Positions 35,129 through 43,329 of a stretch of DNA of 44,475 nucleotides are shown piece after piece. Numbering within the stretch: the stretch's first letter is position 1; each line of letters starts with the position of its first letter. The notes under the pieces are model-generated. The model was not told the origin of the DNA and searched no databases. It worked only from the letters and a program-made list of their open reading frames with translations. The DNA is taken from positions 1 through 44,475 of the forward strand of contig JAIFNC010000057.1 of the NCBI GenBank assembly GCA_020047935.1. Direction: 5' to 3'. The translations under genes and the position numbers were made by a program. This DNA is from Bacteroidota bacterium. GTDB lineage: Bacteria; Bacteroidota; Bacteroidia; Bacteroidales; JAIFNC01.

Positions 35129-35335
35129 TTAAAACGGTTCAGTACCAATAAATGTAATACTTTTAGTAATACGATTATATTTGTAAACCAAATAATCATC
35201 AGACATAAAAAAACTATCAAATATCTGGATTTCAATTTCCTCAGCACCTTTAGTAATTAACAAATAGTCAATGGTATCAATAATTTCTTTTTTTAATTCG
35301 TCAACCTTAGTTGACATTATTTCAGTTATTTTCAT
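35129..35335 (-). CDS. Hypothetical protein (68 aa)
   Basis: Its start overlaps the upstream stop by 4 nt. Confidence 0.5.
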   Translation of the reverse strand: MKITEIMSTKVDELKKEIIDTIDYLLITKGAEEIEIQIFDSFFMSDDYLVYKYNRITKSITFIGTEPF

Positions 35336-35796
35336 ACAAAATTAAATTTATCTATGCAACAATATTTATATTTCAATGGTTTACCATTTTCATCAGTTTT
35401 CCCACAAGGGCATTTTTCATTACGTCCTGTATGACGAAACTTTTCATACTCTTTTTTTAACTCTTCACGTTTTTCATCCATACGTTTTCTCCAATCATTA
35501 TCAATTTCAATTTGACCTGCATCAGTTTCATTGATAACAATATCAGAACCGACATCACGAAACATATCCTCAAGGGGATTGCGTCTTATGCCTGCAAGAA
35601 TGCTGTACATTGAATCTTCTTTTTGTTTATTATAACGTGCCCTTTGTTCCTCTTGTTTTTCAATTGGAACATCAGATAAAAGATATTCTTTAGTAACTGT
35701 GCCGCAAGTACGGCAAGCACCATCTTCGCCAGTATTATGTAAAGTATAATCTTGACATTGATTACACCAGAAACGATTATAAGTAATTTGTGGCAT
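35332..35796 (-). CDS. Zinc-ribbon + SEC-C-motif protein (154 aa)
   Basis: CNQCQDY...CRTCG at the N-terminus. C-terminal KCPCGKTDENGKPLKYKYCC resembles the SEC-C metal-binding motif. Confidence 0.6.
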   Translation of the reverse strand: MPQITYNRFWCNQCQDYTLHNTGEDGACRTCGTVTKEYLLSDVPIEKQEEQRARYNKQKEDSMYSILAGIRRNPLEDMFRDVGSDIVINETDAGQIEIDNDWRKRMDEKREELKKEYEKFRHTGRNEKCPCGKTDENGKPLKYKYCCIDKFNFV

Positions 35797-35927
35797 TATA
35801 TAATATTTATTTTATTATGCATATCCATATAAGTAACGATTAACGTATTTTTCGGATTATTACGCCATCTCAGATATCTCACCCACATTAACCATGCGGT
35901 GCGGATTAAACTACGTTTCCTTTTCAT
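35796..35927 (-). CDS. Basic mini-protein (43 aa), my own ORF call
   Basis: MKRKRSLIRTAWLMWVRYLRWRNNPKN... TAATG overlap with the next gene. Confidence 0.3.
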   Translation of the reverse strand: MKRKRSLIRTAWLMWVRYLRWRNNPKNTLIVTYMDMHNKINII

Positions 35928-36170
35928 ACTGTATTGTTTTAAATGTTACATACAAAGATAATAAAATGTATTGATATAACAAAGTTTTTTGTGTTAAAAT
36001 AACATAATATCATATGTTAATGTTCCAGCTGTGAGTTTCTTCTGGCGTGCGCCTGGCGGGCCACAGGGATAAACTCACAACCCGCATTTTAACATATCAT
36101 GGAATAAAAAAAAGAAACCCCCAGCCATTTCTGACTGGAAGTTTCACCAAACAATTAAAACAACAATTTA
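35928..36170 (-). promoter_or_regulatory. Intergenic regulatory cassette
   Basis: -7 complement 35953-35960. Arms 36025-36038 and 36071-36085. Terminator about 36118-36140. Confidence 0.55.
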
Positions 36171-36338
36171 TTAACGAATATCGTATATTTGATTTTCTAC
36201 TACTAAATCCCATGTAGCACTAGGGTCATCAGTTTGACGTGCATCATGTTCTTCCATTATCTGATTAATTTCCGACTCAGTTAAATCGGTTATACCAATG
36301 CGATTAGCAACGTATAAAACATCTTCTTCTTCTATCAT
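36171..36338 (-). CDS. Hypothetical acidic protein (55 aa), my own ORF call
   Basis: MIEEEDVLYVANRIGITDLTESEINQIMEEH... TAATATG junction upstream. Confidence 0.4.
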   Translation of the reverse strand: MIEEEDVLYVANRIGITDLTESEINQIMEEHDARQTDDPSATWDLVVENQIYDIR

Positions 36339-36339
36339 A

Positions 36340-36501
36340 TTATTTGAATTTAACCCAGTCCTCTTCTGGTAAACCGAAAATTAATCTTTCGTTTGGTAAA
36401 TGATATAACAGTTCCTCAAGTACTGTATAATCATCTTGTTCAAAATCTTTTTTAAGTTGTTCAATGACTGCATCGACAAGCTCATGTTTTTCTCTTTCCA
36501 T
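36340..36501 (-). CDS. Hypothetical acidic protein (53 aa), my own ORF call
   Basis: MEREKHELVDAVIEQLKKDFEQDDY... TAATG overlap upstream. Confidence 0.4.
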   Translation of the reverse strand: MEREKHELVDAVIEQLKKDFEQDDYTVLEELLYHLPNERLIFGLPEEDWVKFK

Positions 36502-36602
36502 TATTTTGATATTTGATTAAGTATTTCAATCAATTCAACTAAAGAATAATGTACATTAATCTCAAGTGTTTTAAACGTTTTGTTTATAGTTTTTAGTGTC
36601 AT
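36501..36602 (-). CDS. Mini-ORF (33 aa), my own ORF call
   Basis: MTLKTINKTFKTLEINVHYSLVELIEILNQISK. First ORF after the structured leader. Confidence 0.3.
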   Translation of the reverse strand: MTLKTINKTFKTLEINVHYSLVELIEILNQISK

Positions 36603-36616
36603 AATAATTTTCTTAG

Positions 36617-36686
36617 AATCAGAATATGTGCTGTGTCCAACCGACCATCGGCTAACCTATTACACCATAACTTCCTTATTCTGATT
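36617..36686 (-). other. Structured 5' leader (10-bp perfect long-range stem)
   Basis: AATCAGAATA (36617-36626) and TATTCTGATT (36677-36686) enclose 50 nt that include CCGA..TCGG. The element sits between the -7 box (36695-36702) and the first ATG (36602). Confidence 0.35.
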
Positions 36687-36694
36687 TGTTGATA

Positions 36695-36746
36695 CAAAGA
36701 TAATACTTTTATTTGATATACACAAACATTTTATGTTAATGTTTGT
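36695..36746 (-). promoter_or_regulatory. Promoter with a 9-bp inverted repeat at the -33 position
   Basis: -7 complement 36695-36702. ACAAACATT (36722-36730) / AATGTTTGT (36738-36746). Confidence 0.45.
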
Positions 36747-36869
36747 TATTTTATTAATGTACCTTTTTTAAACAATTTAGTATAAGAGGTTACATTCGGA
36801 TAAGGAATTTCATCCTTTGTCCAAGTATCATTGTTTACCTTTGTAAAATCAATGTTTCTACTGCCATAA

Positions 36870-37091
36870 TTACCTCCATTTTAATGATATTAATTCAATA
36901 ATACCACACAATACATCTTCTAATACCGCTTCAGTAACAGTTGCTGTACTCCAACCATCAGTAAAATCTTGTATCTCATAACGATTTTCTTTGATTTTAC
37001 AAACACATCTGGTTGATAATCCTAATCTAACATCTTTATCAATTCCCTCCTCAAGTGAACTAATAATTTTTTTTGCATCTTCTCTTGTCAT
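36870..37091 (-). CDS. Hypothetical protein (73 aa)
   Basis: Track ORF preceded by a cassette promoter. Confidence 0.5.
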   Translation of the reverse strand: MTREDAKKIISSLEEGIDKDVRLGLSTRCVCKIKENRYEIQDFTDGWSTATVTEAVLEDVLCGIIELISLKWR

Positions 37092-37329
37092 AATATCATT
37101 CTTTTAATTGTTTATACAAAGATAATACTATTATATCACATATACAAGTGTTTTAACATTTTTAACATTGTTAATTATCCAGTTATGAGTTTTTCCTGAA
37201 GACGGATACTTCAGATCGGAATGGTGTCCACGATCCTTCCCTGAACTAAAACTCGCACCCAGCGTTTTAACATATCACGCCATAAAAAAACCCAATCATT
37301 TCTGACTGGGTTTTCAATTTGTTATAATT
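37092..37329 (-). promoter_or_regulatory. Intergenic regulatory cassette
   Basis: -7 complement 37117-37124. Palindrome 37161-37175. Arms 37179-37192 and 37249-37263. Terminator 37291-37310. The centre is homologous to cassette 29398-29685. Confidence 0.6.
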
Positions 37330-38109
37330 TTAGTTTACGGATTTCATAAACGATGGTGAGTTACCGTATAAAGGAGAATGTCCATCCCATTTTTCAATAA
37401 ACATTTGTTGTATGATTAATGGTGTCAATGTTTGTTGTTTAATTTTATTGGCTTCAGCCTCACCTCGGGCTTTGGTTACAGCAATCTCGGCATCGGCTCT
37501 TGTGCTACGAAGTTCATTCTCTTTTTGTTGTGCAAGTTGTACCGCGTTATTCTTAGCTTCAATACCTTTAGTCACACTGGCGGGATATCTCAAACCGAAT
37601 GTTAGAGGTCCAATTTCAAAACCCTCCTTTTCCAATTCTTTAGTTAATATAACCGTAACTTTTTTATCAAATTCAACACGTTTGGATAAAATATCATCAG
37701 TCGTATATTCGTTAAACACATTTTTAAACACATCCTTAACATAAGTTAATAAAATAGTTTGTCTAAGTTCCTCAATATCCTTTCGATACTTTATGAAAAT
37801 TTCGGGACTTTTACCTGCTTTAACACGAAAATTTAACATCGGGTCAACATAGAATACACTACCATCTTTGGCATTCACACTAAATGCTTCATAATCGGCT
37901 GTCTGATAAAATATAGGAAATTCCTCAACATCCTCGGTCCACGGATTATACCACACACGGCCAGTAACTAATGATGCCATTTGAACACCCTTATCAGAAC
38001 CGTACTGTTTCACTAAAATACCCTCGTACCCACCACCAATACGTTTTGTACATGAAGTAAAACTCATAGTTGCTACAGCAACCAATAAAAATAAAATCAC
38101 GTTTTTCAT
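37330..38109 (-). CDS. SPFH/Band-7 domain lipoprotein
   Basis: Signal peptide and lipobox MKNVILFLLVAVATMSFTSC. Then GYEGILVKQYG...TGRVWYNPWTE, typical of the SPFH N-terminus, and a coiled-coil-like C-terminal region. Confidence 0.6.
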   Translation of the reverse strand: MKNVILFLLVAVATMSFTSCTKRIGGGYEGILVKQYGSDKGVQMASLVTGRVWYNPWTEDVEEFPIFYQTADYEAFSVNAKDGSVFYVDPMLNFRVKAGKSPEIFIKYRKDIEELRQTILLTYVKDVFKNVFNEYTTDDILSKRVEFDKKVTVILTKELEKEGFEIGPLTFGLRYPASVTKGIEAKNNAVQLAQQKENELRSTRADAEIAVTKARGEAEANKIKQQTLTPLIIQQMFIEKWDGHSPLYGNSPSFMKSVN

Positions 38110-38318
38110 TTTGTTTTAAAAATTTTTATTATATAATTGATTAAAAAATAATTCCCAATAATAAAACCACTGATACCAATAACACCCACTAATACCGCAA
38201 TATCTGATGCCGTACTAACTAGCGATAACACACCATTGATATATAAAAATTCCATCAATAGTAATACGGGCAAAACTGCAATTAATATGATAATTTTATG
38301 TAAAATACTTTTTTCCAT
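38106..38318 (-). CDS. Small 2-TM membrane protein (70 aa from MEKSIL)
   Basis: ATGA overlap with the SPFH gene. The track start 38345 reads into the -7 box at 38343-38350. Confidence 0.5.
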   Translation of the reverse strand: MEKSILHKIIILIAVLPVLLLMEFLYINGVLSLVSTASDIAVLVGVIGISGFIIGNYFLINYIIKIFKTK

Positions 38319-38342
38319 TTTTTTATGTTTTAATTTATGATA

Positions 38343-38350
38343 CAAAGATA
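38343..38350 (-). promoter_or_regulatory. -7 box for the membrane/SPFH pair
   Basis: Complement of TATCTTTG. Confidence 0.45.
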
Positions 38351-38384
38351 ATACATTTATTTGATAAATACAAATGTTATTGTG

Positions 38385-38711
38385 TTAAACAATTTTACCC
38401 TCCAAAATTAATAATTTTTTATATTCACGAAACTGCACTAATTTACGTGCCTTTGATTGAATTTTGTAAAATTCTTCCTCTGTCATTTCGTTAAACTCAA
38501 GTAAATCATTATCTATTGTTTTAAAAAGTTCAATACCTTTAACCACATCATCACGTTTCTCTTTAACATACAATTCTAGTTCCTCATGTGTCCCCTCTTT
38601 AATTACATCAACATTATTAAATGTACCTGAATAACCACCGCCAAAACCCTCAGAACCATAACTTGGGCTGACTTGTATCTTTTCTACTTTAATTCCTACT
38701 AAGATTGACAT
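38385..38711 (-). CDS. Hypothetical protein (108 aa from MSILVGI)
   Basis: The track start 38789 reads through the promoter (-7 complement 38738-38745). ATG 38711 is preferred. Confidence 0.55.
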   Translation of the reverse strand: MSILVGIKVEKIQVSPSYGSEGFGGGYSGTFNNVDVIKEGTHEELELYVKEKRDDVVKGIELFKTIDNDLLEFNEMTEEEFYKIQSKARKLVQFREYKKLLILEGKIV

Positions 38712-38950
38712 AATACTATTGTTTTTAATTGTTTCTACAAAGATAATACTATTATATTGAATAAACAAGCATATTAACATTTTTAACATTGTTAAAGTTC
38801 CAGGTGTGAGTTTCTTCTAGCTACCCTCTTCAGATCCAGTCAGAAAATTCCGAGAACCTTCCAGGTATAAAACTCACAACCAGCGTTTTAACATATCAAG
38901 AAATAAAAAAAGGGGAAATAAATCCCCTCTTTTTAAATCCACCTGATAGG
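38712..38950 (-). promoter_or_regulatory. Intergenic regulatory cassette (56-nt centre family)
   Basis: -7 complement 38738-38745. Palindrome 38782-38796. Arms 38800-38813 and 38870-38884. Terminator 38912-38927. Confidence 0.65.
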
Positions 38951-39307
38951 TTATTTACATTTATCCGAAATAAAATCGGTATAAACCTCATCCATTGACA
39001 TAAACAGGCTGTTTGGCCGTCTGCGGTCGCCAGTTTTCAATTCGTAATATCCAGCCCCTTTTACTCCATCGGGGAAATAACGATACGATGTGAGCGGGTA
39101 CGAAACGTTTGGATGCTTTTCGTTAAATTCGGTTACAGACATTTTGACGGGTAACGACATAAGGTAATTTTTATCACCGATTTTTGTCATCACTAAACCA
39201 GATGCGGCACTATTCAAGTATTTTTCTTCGTATTGACGAACTGCGCGATAAGCTGCCGAAGATGAACGAAATGAACGAGGGAATTTTTTTACTTCTTTTG
39301 TTTCCAT
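38951..39307 (-). CDS. Hypothetical protein (118 aa)
   Basis: Track ORF between cassettes. Confidence 0.6.
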   Translation of the reverse strand: METKEVKKFPRSFRSSSAAYRAVRQYEEKYLNSAASGLVMTKIGDKNYLMSLPVKMSVTEFNEKHPNVSYPLTSYRYFPDGVKGAGYYELKTGDRRRPNSLFMSMDEVYTDFISDKCK

Positions 39308-39724
39308 AATTGTAAATTTTATTTATTGTTTTAATTCTGATACAAAGATAATACATTAATACCAATTGCACAAGCATTTTAACACTTTTAACATTGTTAA
39401 TGAGCCTGTTATGAGTTTGTAATACCTTCCAGTATTCTTCCAGTATTCTTCCAGTATTCTTCCAGTATTCTTCCAGTATTCTTCCAGTATTCTTCCAGTA
39501 TTCCTACTAAACTCACAGACAGCGTTTTAACATATCGTAATACAGAAAACCCCGCGTTTCACAACGCAGGGAACTCTTAATTTAACAATTTAACTATGGA
39601 CAAACCGTTCAATGAAACTCACACAAATATATACAAGTACCAATTTCCTAATTCAACGATTACCGCAATTTTTAAACTTTCGTTTCAAATTGTCTTACAT
39701 AATATCCAAAGGAGAAAATTCGGA
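39308..39724 (-). promoter_or_regulatory. Intergenic regulatory cassette whose centre is an 11-bp tandem array
   Basis: -7 complement 39343-39350. Palindrome 39387-39401. Arms 39408-39421 and 39512-39526. Terminator 39553-39574. Confidence 0.6.
39430..39506. repeat. Perfect tandem repeat, 7 x 11 bp (TTCCAGTATTC)
   Basis: Units start at 39430, 39441, 39452, 39463, 39474, 39485 and 39496, each checked base by base. Confidence 0.95.
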
Positions 39725-40327
39725 CTAACGTAGCCCTATCCCGAACGCTGATTCAAGTTCTATTTTTAATTTTTCTATAATATCTTTGTCAATGTTGTCT
39801 GACATACCATTTTTCCAAATGTTATCGCCATAAAAACCCCAGCAACTATCTGTCATTTCATCATCAACATAAACTTCAAATCCGTACACATCACCAGTAA
39901 GATATTGGTCGTATGTTTCAACTTCGGCGTTTAAATTTTCAACCGCCTTGTCATACCATTTTTTTGTACAGTATTTAATGTTGAAAGTTTTTTTCATCAT
40001 TTCCTTTGTAATGATTGCGAACCCAACTTGCCCGCTATCCCATTTACAACTGAAAGAACTTGTTGAAATTGTAATGCCCGAGTGGTCATATAAATATAAG
40101 GGCATAATCACAATCGGTTTTTCATTTCGGATAATATCCGCCTTCATTTCCTCCCAATTATTATTATCATGGAAATTATAATCATGTTTATCGCCCAAAT
40201 TATATCTTGAATGAAAACATATCATTTTAACTATGTTGCCATCGGTATAATCTAAATCGCGAGGACTTTGTGCATTTTCGTCTTGAATAATTTCTAAACG
40301 AATGTTGTCTTTTTTAATTGTTGTCAT
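39725..40327 (-). CDS. Hypothetical protein (200 aa)
   Basis: Track ORF between cassettes. Carries an LYLYDHSGITIS motif; family not recalled. Confidence 0.65.
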   Translation of the reverse strand: MTTIKKDNIRLEIIQDENAQSPRDLDYTDGNIVKMICFHSRYNLGDKHDYNFHDNNNWEEMKADIIRNEKPIVIMPLYLYDHSGITISTSSFSCKWDSGQVGFAIITKEMMKKTFNIKYCTKKWYDKAVENLNAEVETYDQYLTGDVYGFEVYVDDEMTDSCWGFYGDNIWKNGMSDNIDKDIIEKLKIELESAFGIGLR

Positions 40328-40586
40328 AATAGTGTTGTTTTAAATTGTTATACAAAGATAATACATTTACTTATACTACACAAGTGTTTTAACACTTTTA
40401 ACATTGTTAATGACCCAGTTATGAGTTTCTTCTAGCTACCCTCTTCAGATCCAGTCAGAAAATTCCGAGACCCTTCCAGGCATAAAACTCACAAACAGCG
40501 TTTTAACATATCGTAATACAGAAAAACCCACGTTTCACAACGTAGGTAATTCTTTGTCTGAACTATATCAAAAACCAAATATAAAT
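40328..40586 (-). promoter_or_regulatory. Intergenic regulatory cassette (56-nt centre family)
   Basis: -7 complement 40353-40360. Palindrome 40397-40411. Arms 40415-40428 and 40485-40499. Terminator 40527-40546. Confidence 0.65.
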
Positions 40587-40946
40587 TTAACCGTTTATTT
40601 TATTAACAAGTATTGACAAATTTCCGAGCAATTCCACATAAGTTTTACCACTTGTGAAAATTTTGTTATACTCATCACATATCCAATTTTTACAACGATA
40701 ACCACGTCTTTTTGCTGTTGTATGTATGATACAATAAATGAAGTCCCTTTCAGTATTCGGATACATTTGTCCCGAAATGAAAATCTTTCGTTCACCTAAT
40801 ATACGTACTAAATCTTTACTGTTACCCTCTCTGAAAAGTCTTTCTGCCTCTTTTTTAATACCATGTATAGTACCGATATTTGTAACATCAAAAGTGAAAT
40901 CACTTAGAAGTACTTTAATTTCCTTAATAAATTCTACTTGATTCAT
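40587..40946 (-). CDS. Hypothetical protein (119 aa from MNQVEF)
   Basis: The track start 40985 reads through the promoter (-7 complement 40972-40979). Confidence 0.55.
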   Translation of the reverse strand: MNQVEFIKEIKVLLSDFTFDVTNIGTIHGIKKEAERLFREGNSKDLVRILGERKIFISGQMYPNTERDFIYCIIHTTAKRRGYRCKNWICDEYNKIFTSGKTYVELLGNLSILVNKING

Positions 40947-41204
40947 ATTGCCTATTTTTAAATTGTTTACACAAAGATAATACATTTATATGTACTACAC
41001 AAGCATTTTAACATTTTTAACATTGTTAATGATCCAGTTATGAGTTTCTTCTGACGCGAGCCTGGTGAATCAAGAATCTTCCCAGGCAAATTCTAGCAGA
41101 AACTCACAAACAGCGTTTTAACACTTTGTAATACCATATAAAAAACCCCCGACTGTTAAGCCGAGGGTTGAAAAGACTGTACCGCTCCAATGTGTACTAC
41201 ATCT
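40947..41204 (-). promoter_or_regulatory. Intergenic regulatory cassette
   Basis: -7 complement 40972-40979. Palindrome 41016-41030. Arms 41034-41047 and 41100-41114. Terminator about 41146-41168. Confidence 0.6.
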
Positions 41205-41570
41205 TTATTTCCAGCCGTATTCCTTTTTAACAGTTGCCTCGTAATTGTCAGTCTTTTCTACATAACTGTCAATTCGGTCTGTTAACTCATCACAGTAAAC
41301 CATTTCTAATGTTTCTTTAATCTCACATTTATAATCTAACAAATACACGGTATATGTATCGTTATAGTCTAATGTGATTAACACATAACCTTTGTGCTTA
41401 AATCCTGATACCTTGAACAATAAACCTTTACCCTGAAAATTAACATAATCTCTTGCTCCCCAGCTCATTAAAATGCTAACACCACCAGCCCGAAGCTGTA
41501 ACAAAGTTTCTTGTGCATTGAGAACGTCTTTCAATAACGACTCAATTTTTTTTACATTTTCGCTTGTCAT
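41205..41570 (-). CDS. Hypothetical protein (121 aa)
   Basis: Track ORF between cassettes. Confidence 0.6.
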   Translation of the reverse strand: MTSENVKKIESLLKDVLNAQETLLQLRAGGVSILMSWGARDYVNFQGKGLLFKVSGFKHKGYVLITLDYNDTYTVYLLDYKCEIKETLEMVYCDELTDRIDSYVEKTDNYEATVKKEYGWK

Positions 41571-41846
41571 AATACTATTGTTTTAAATTGTTATACAAAG
41601 ATAATACTTTTATATCACCCGCACAAGCATTTTAACACTTTTAACATTGTTAATGACCCAGTTATGAGTTTCTTCTAGCGACCCTCTTCAGATCCAGTCA
41701 GAAAATTCCGAGACCCTTCCAGGCATAAAACTCACAACCAGCATTTTAACATTTCATATAACCACACAAAAAAGGGGCGAACCTAAATCCACCCCTCAAA
41801 ACACTTTGAAACTAAATGAAAAGTAACAAAGAGCAAACAACTTATA
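41571..41846 (-). promoter_or_regulatory. Intergenic regulatory cassette (56-nt centre family)
   Basis: -7 complement 41596-41603. Palindrome 41640-41654. Arms 41658-41671 and 41728-41742. Terminator 41774-41795. 41591-41697 matches 34481-34587 at 106/107 positions. Confidence 0.65.
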
Positions 41847-42161
41847 TTAAAGTACCTTAACTATTTCTTTTAATTTATTATGAAAATCGGTGAAATCTTT
41901 TAGACTTTCACTAATAGTGAAATTATCTTTATATTCTTTACTTTGTCTGTGTAAATCAATTTGCTCATCAACATCAAACTCATTAACATATTTTTTAAAT
42001 TCTACTTTTTTAAACGGTAATAAACCTATAATCATGTCCACACCGCCAGCTGTCCACATTTCCAACTCTGAACATTGTTCATTGTCTTGCTCAAACAAAA
42101 ATACCTTAAATCCTACTTCTTCAAAGAATTTAACTAATTCATCACTTGACATTTTTGACAT
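41847..42161 (-). CDS. Hypothetical protein (104 aa)
   Basis: Track ORF between cassettes. Confidence 0.6.
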   Translation of the reverse strand: MSKMSSDELVKFFEEVGFKVFLFEQDNEQCSELEMWTAGGVDMIIGLLPFKKVEFKKYVNEFDVDEQIDLHRQSKEYKDNFTISESLKDFTDFHNKLKEIVKVL

Positions 42162-42428
42162 AATAATATAGTTTTAAATTGTTATACAAAGATAATACTA
42201 TTATATCAATTGCACAAGCATTTAATGTTAAAAAAATGTAATACCAAATGTTAATGCGCCTTCTGTGAGTTTCTTCTGGTTGCCACACGGGGTGAGCTGA
42301 CGAAGCCTGTCGTCTCCCAGCTCAGGACGACTGCTGAACTCACAACCAGCATTTTAACACTTTGTAATACCACATAAAAAAAGAGTGGTACTAATTCCAC
42401 TCTTCCCTAAATAATATATAACACGTTT
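42162..42428 (-). promoter_or_regulatory. Intergenic regulatory cassette with a GC-rich hairpin centre
   Basis: -7 complement 42188-42195. Arms 42264-42273 and 42337-42351. Internal hairpin 42295-42324. Terminator 42383-42404. Confidence 0.55.
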
Positions 42429-42632
42429 TTATTCCCTTTTCTTTTTTTCGTAAAACAGTTGAACGTAATGTATGGAAACCACAGTTATAACCCAATAAAG
42501 TATTATACTAACATCTTTTCTCATTCCATCATATTGACAATACAACATTAAATAAGCCATCAACATTATGAATAAAATCATAGGTATTAAACACCCCAAA
42601 AATAACAATATGTTAAATCTTCTCTTTTCCAT
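42429..42632 (-). CDS. Small 2-TM membrane protein (67 aa)
   Basis: Two hydrophobic helices and a basic C-terminus. Confidence 0.5.
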   Translation of the reverse strand: MEKRRFNILLFLGCLIPMILFIMLMAYLMLYCQYDGMRKDVSIILYWVITVVSIHYVQLFYEKKKRE

Positions 42633-42635
42633 AAC

Positions 42636-42830
42636 TTAATCAAATAACGTGTGTACCTTACTAATACCAATGATTGTTAATAAAACACCCATAATTATCA
42701 ATATAATACCCGATAAACCTTGTAATGCCGTGGCATTATATAACCCAATAAATACATTGTAGGTATGAAATGATATGTTAATCACCAAAATTAAACATAC
42801 GATAACTGTTAAAATCTTTTTTGAATCCAT
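42636..42830 (-). CDS. Small 2-TM membrane protein (64 aa)
   Basis: Two hydrophobic helices. Confidence 0.5.
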   Translation of the reverse strand: MDSKKILTVIVCLILVINISFHTYNVFIGLYNATALQGLSGIILIIMGVLLTIIGISKVHTLFD

Positions 42831-43065
42831 AATGATATAATTTTTAATTGTTTCGACAAAGATACGGCAATAAGGTTATACTGCAAAATTTATTATGTTA
42901 AAGTTTGTAATACCAATTGTTAATGCGCCTTCTGTGAGTTCTACATGAAACCACAAACATGAAACATTTTTTTATCTCGACAAACTCACACACGGGCCTT
43001 AACATATCAACATACGAAAAACCCCCGACTGTTAAGACGAGGGTCAATTCCATATTCATATCATC
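42831..43065 (-). promoter_or_regulatory. Intergenic regulatory cassette (CGACAAAGATACGG subfamily)
   Basis: -7 complement 42857-42864. Arms 42932-42940 and 42982-42996. Terminator 43022-43043. Its first ~140 nt are near-identical to 43343-43480. Confidence 0.6.
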
Positions 43066-43329
43066 CTACTTTCGGTAAAACTCAATATATGTTAAATCCT
43101 TTGTATATTTTACTCTCAATTCCGAACCCAAACCCCAATAAACACCTCCTCTGTCATAAGCCCCGTTCATCGGTACTCGACAATCAAAGACTGTCTTCTG
43201 GTCACATTTACATATACGATTATTACGACCTCTAGTAATCGTATGAGGAAATTCACCCACGTTATTACGACCCATTGGCGCTCCGTACTTTGTTGATACA
43301 TTTGTGATAATTTTGTCTAGCGTTCTCAT
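43066..43329 (-). CDS. Hypothetical protein (87 aa from MRTLDK)
   Basis: The track start 43368 reads through the promoter (-7 complement 43355-43362). Confidence 0.55.
   Translation of the reverse strand: MRTLDKIITNVSTKYGAPMGRNNVGEFPHTITRGRNNRICKCDQKTVFDCRVPMNGAYDRGGVYWGLGSELRVKYTKDLTYIEFYRK

Noticed and set aside
35050-35247. Track ORF 35050-35247 (65 aa).
   Set aside because: Its first two-thirds overlap 35129-35335 in another frame and are hydrophobic junk. Only the last ~27 codons (35050-35128) look coding, so I treated it as a possible frameshift continuation rather than as a gene.
9337-41890. Internal, antisense or alternate-frame track ORFs: 3512-3697, 5718-5900, 7049-7267, 9337-9552, 10543-10782, 14359-14649, 17515-17712, 18118-18324, 21381-21635, 22104-22562, 24866-25093, 24935-25189, 25591-25932, 27338-27541, 28090-28332, 29854-30066, 30501-30692, 32181-32540, 33073-33279, 33727-33939, 37412-37744, 39948-40181, 40595-40795, 40738-40941, 41890-42171.
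   Set aside because: Each lies inside or opposite a longer ORF that has better context (promoter, terminator, coupling or motifs). Their sequences are hydrophobic and low-complexity, as expected from AT-rich antisense frames.
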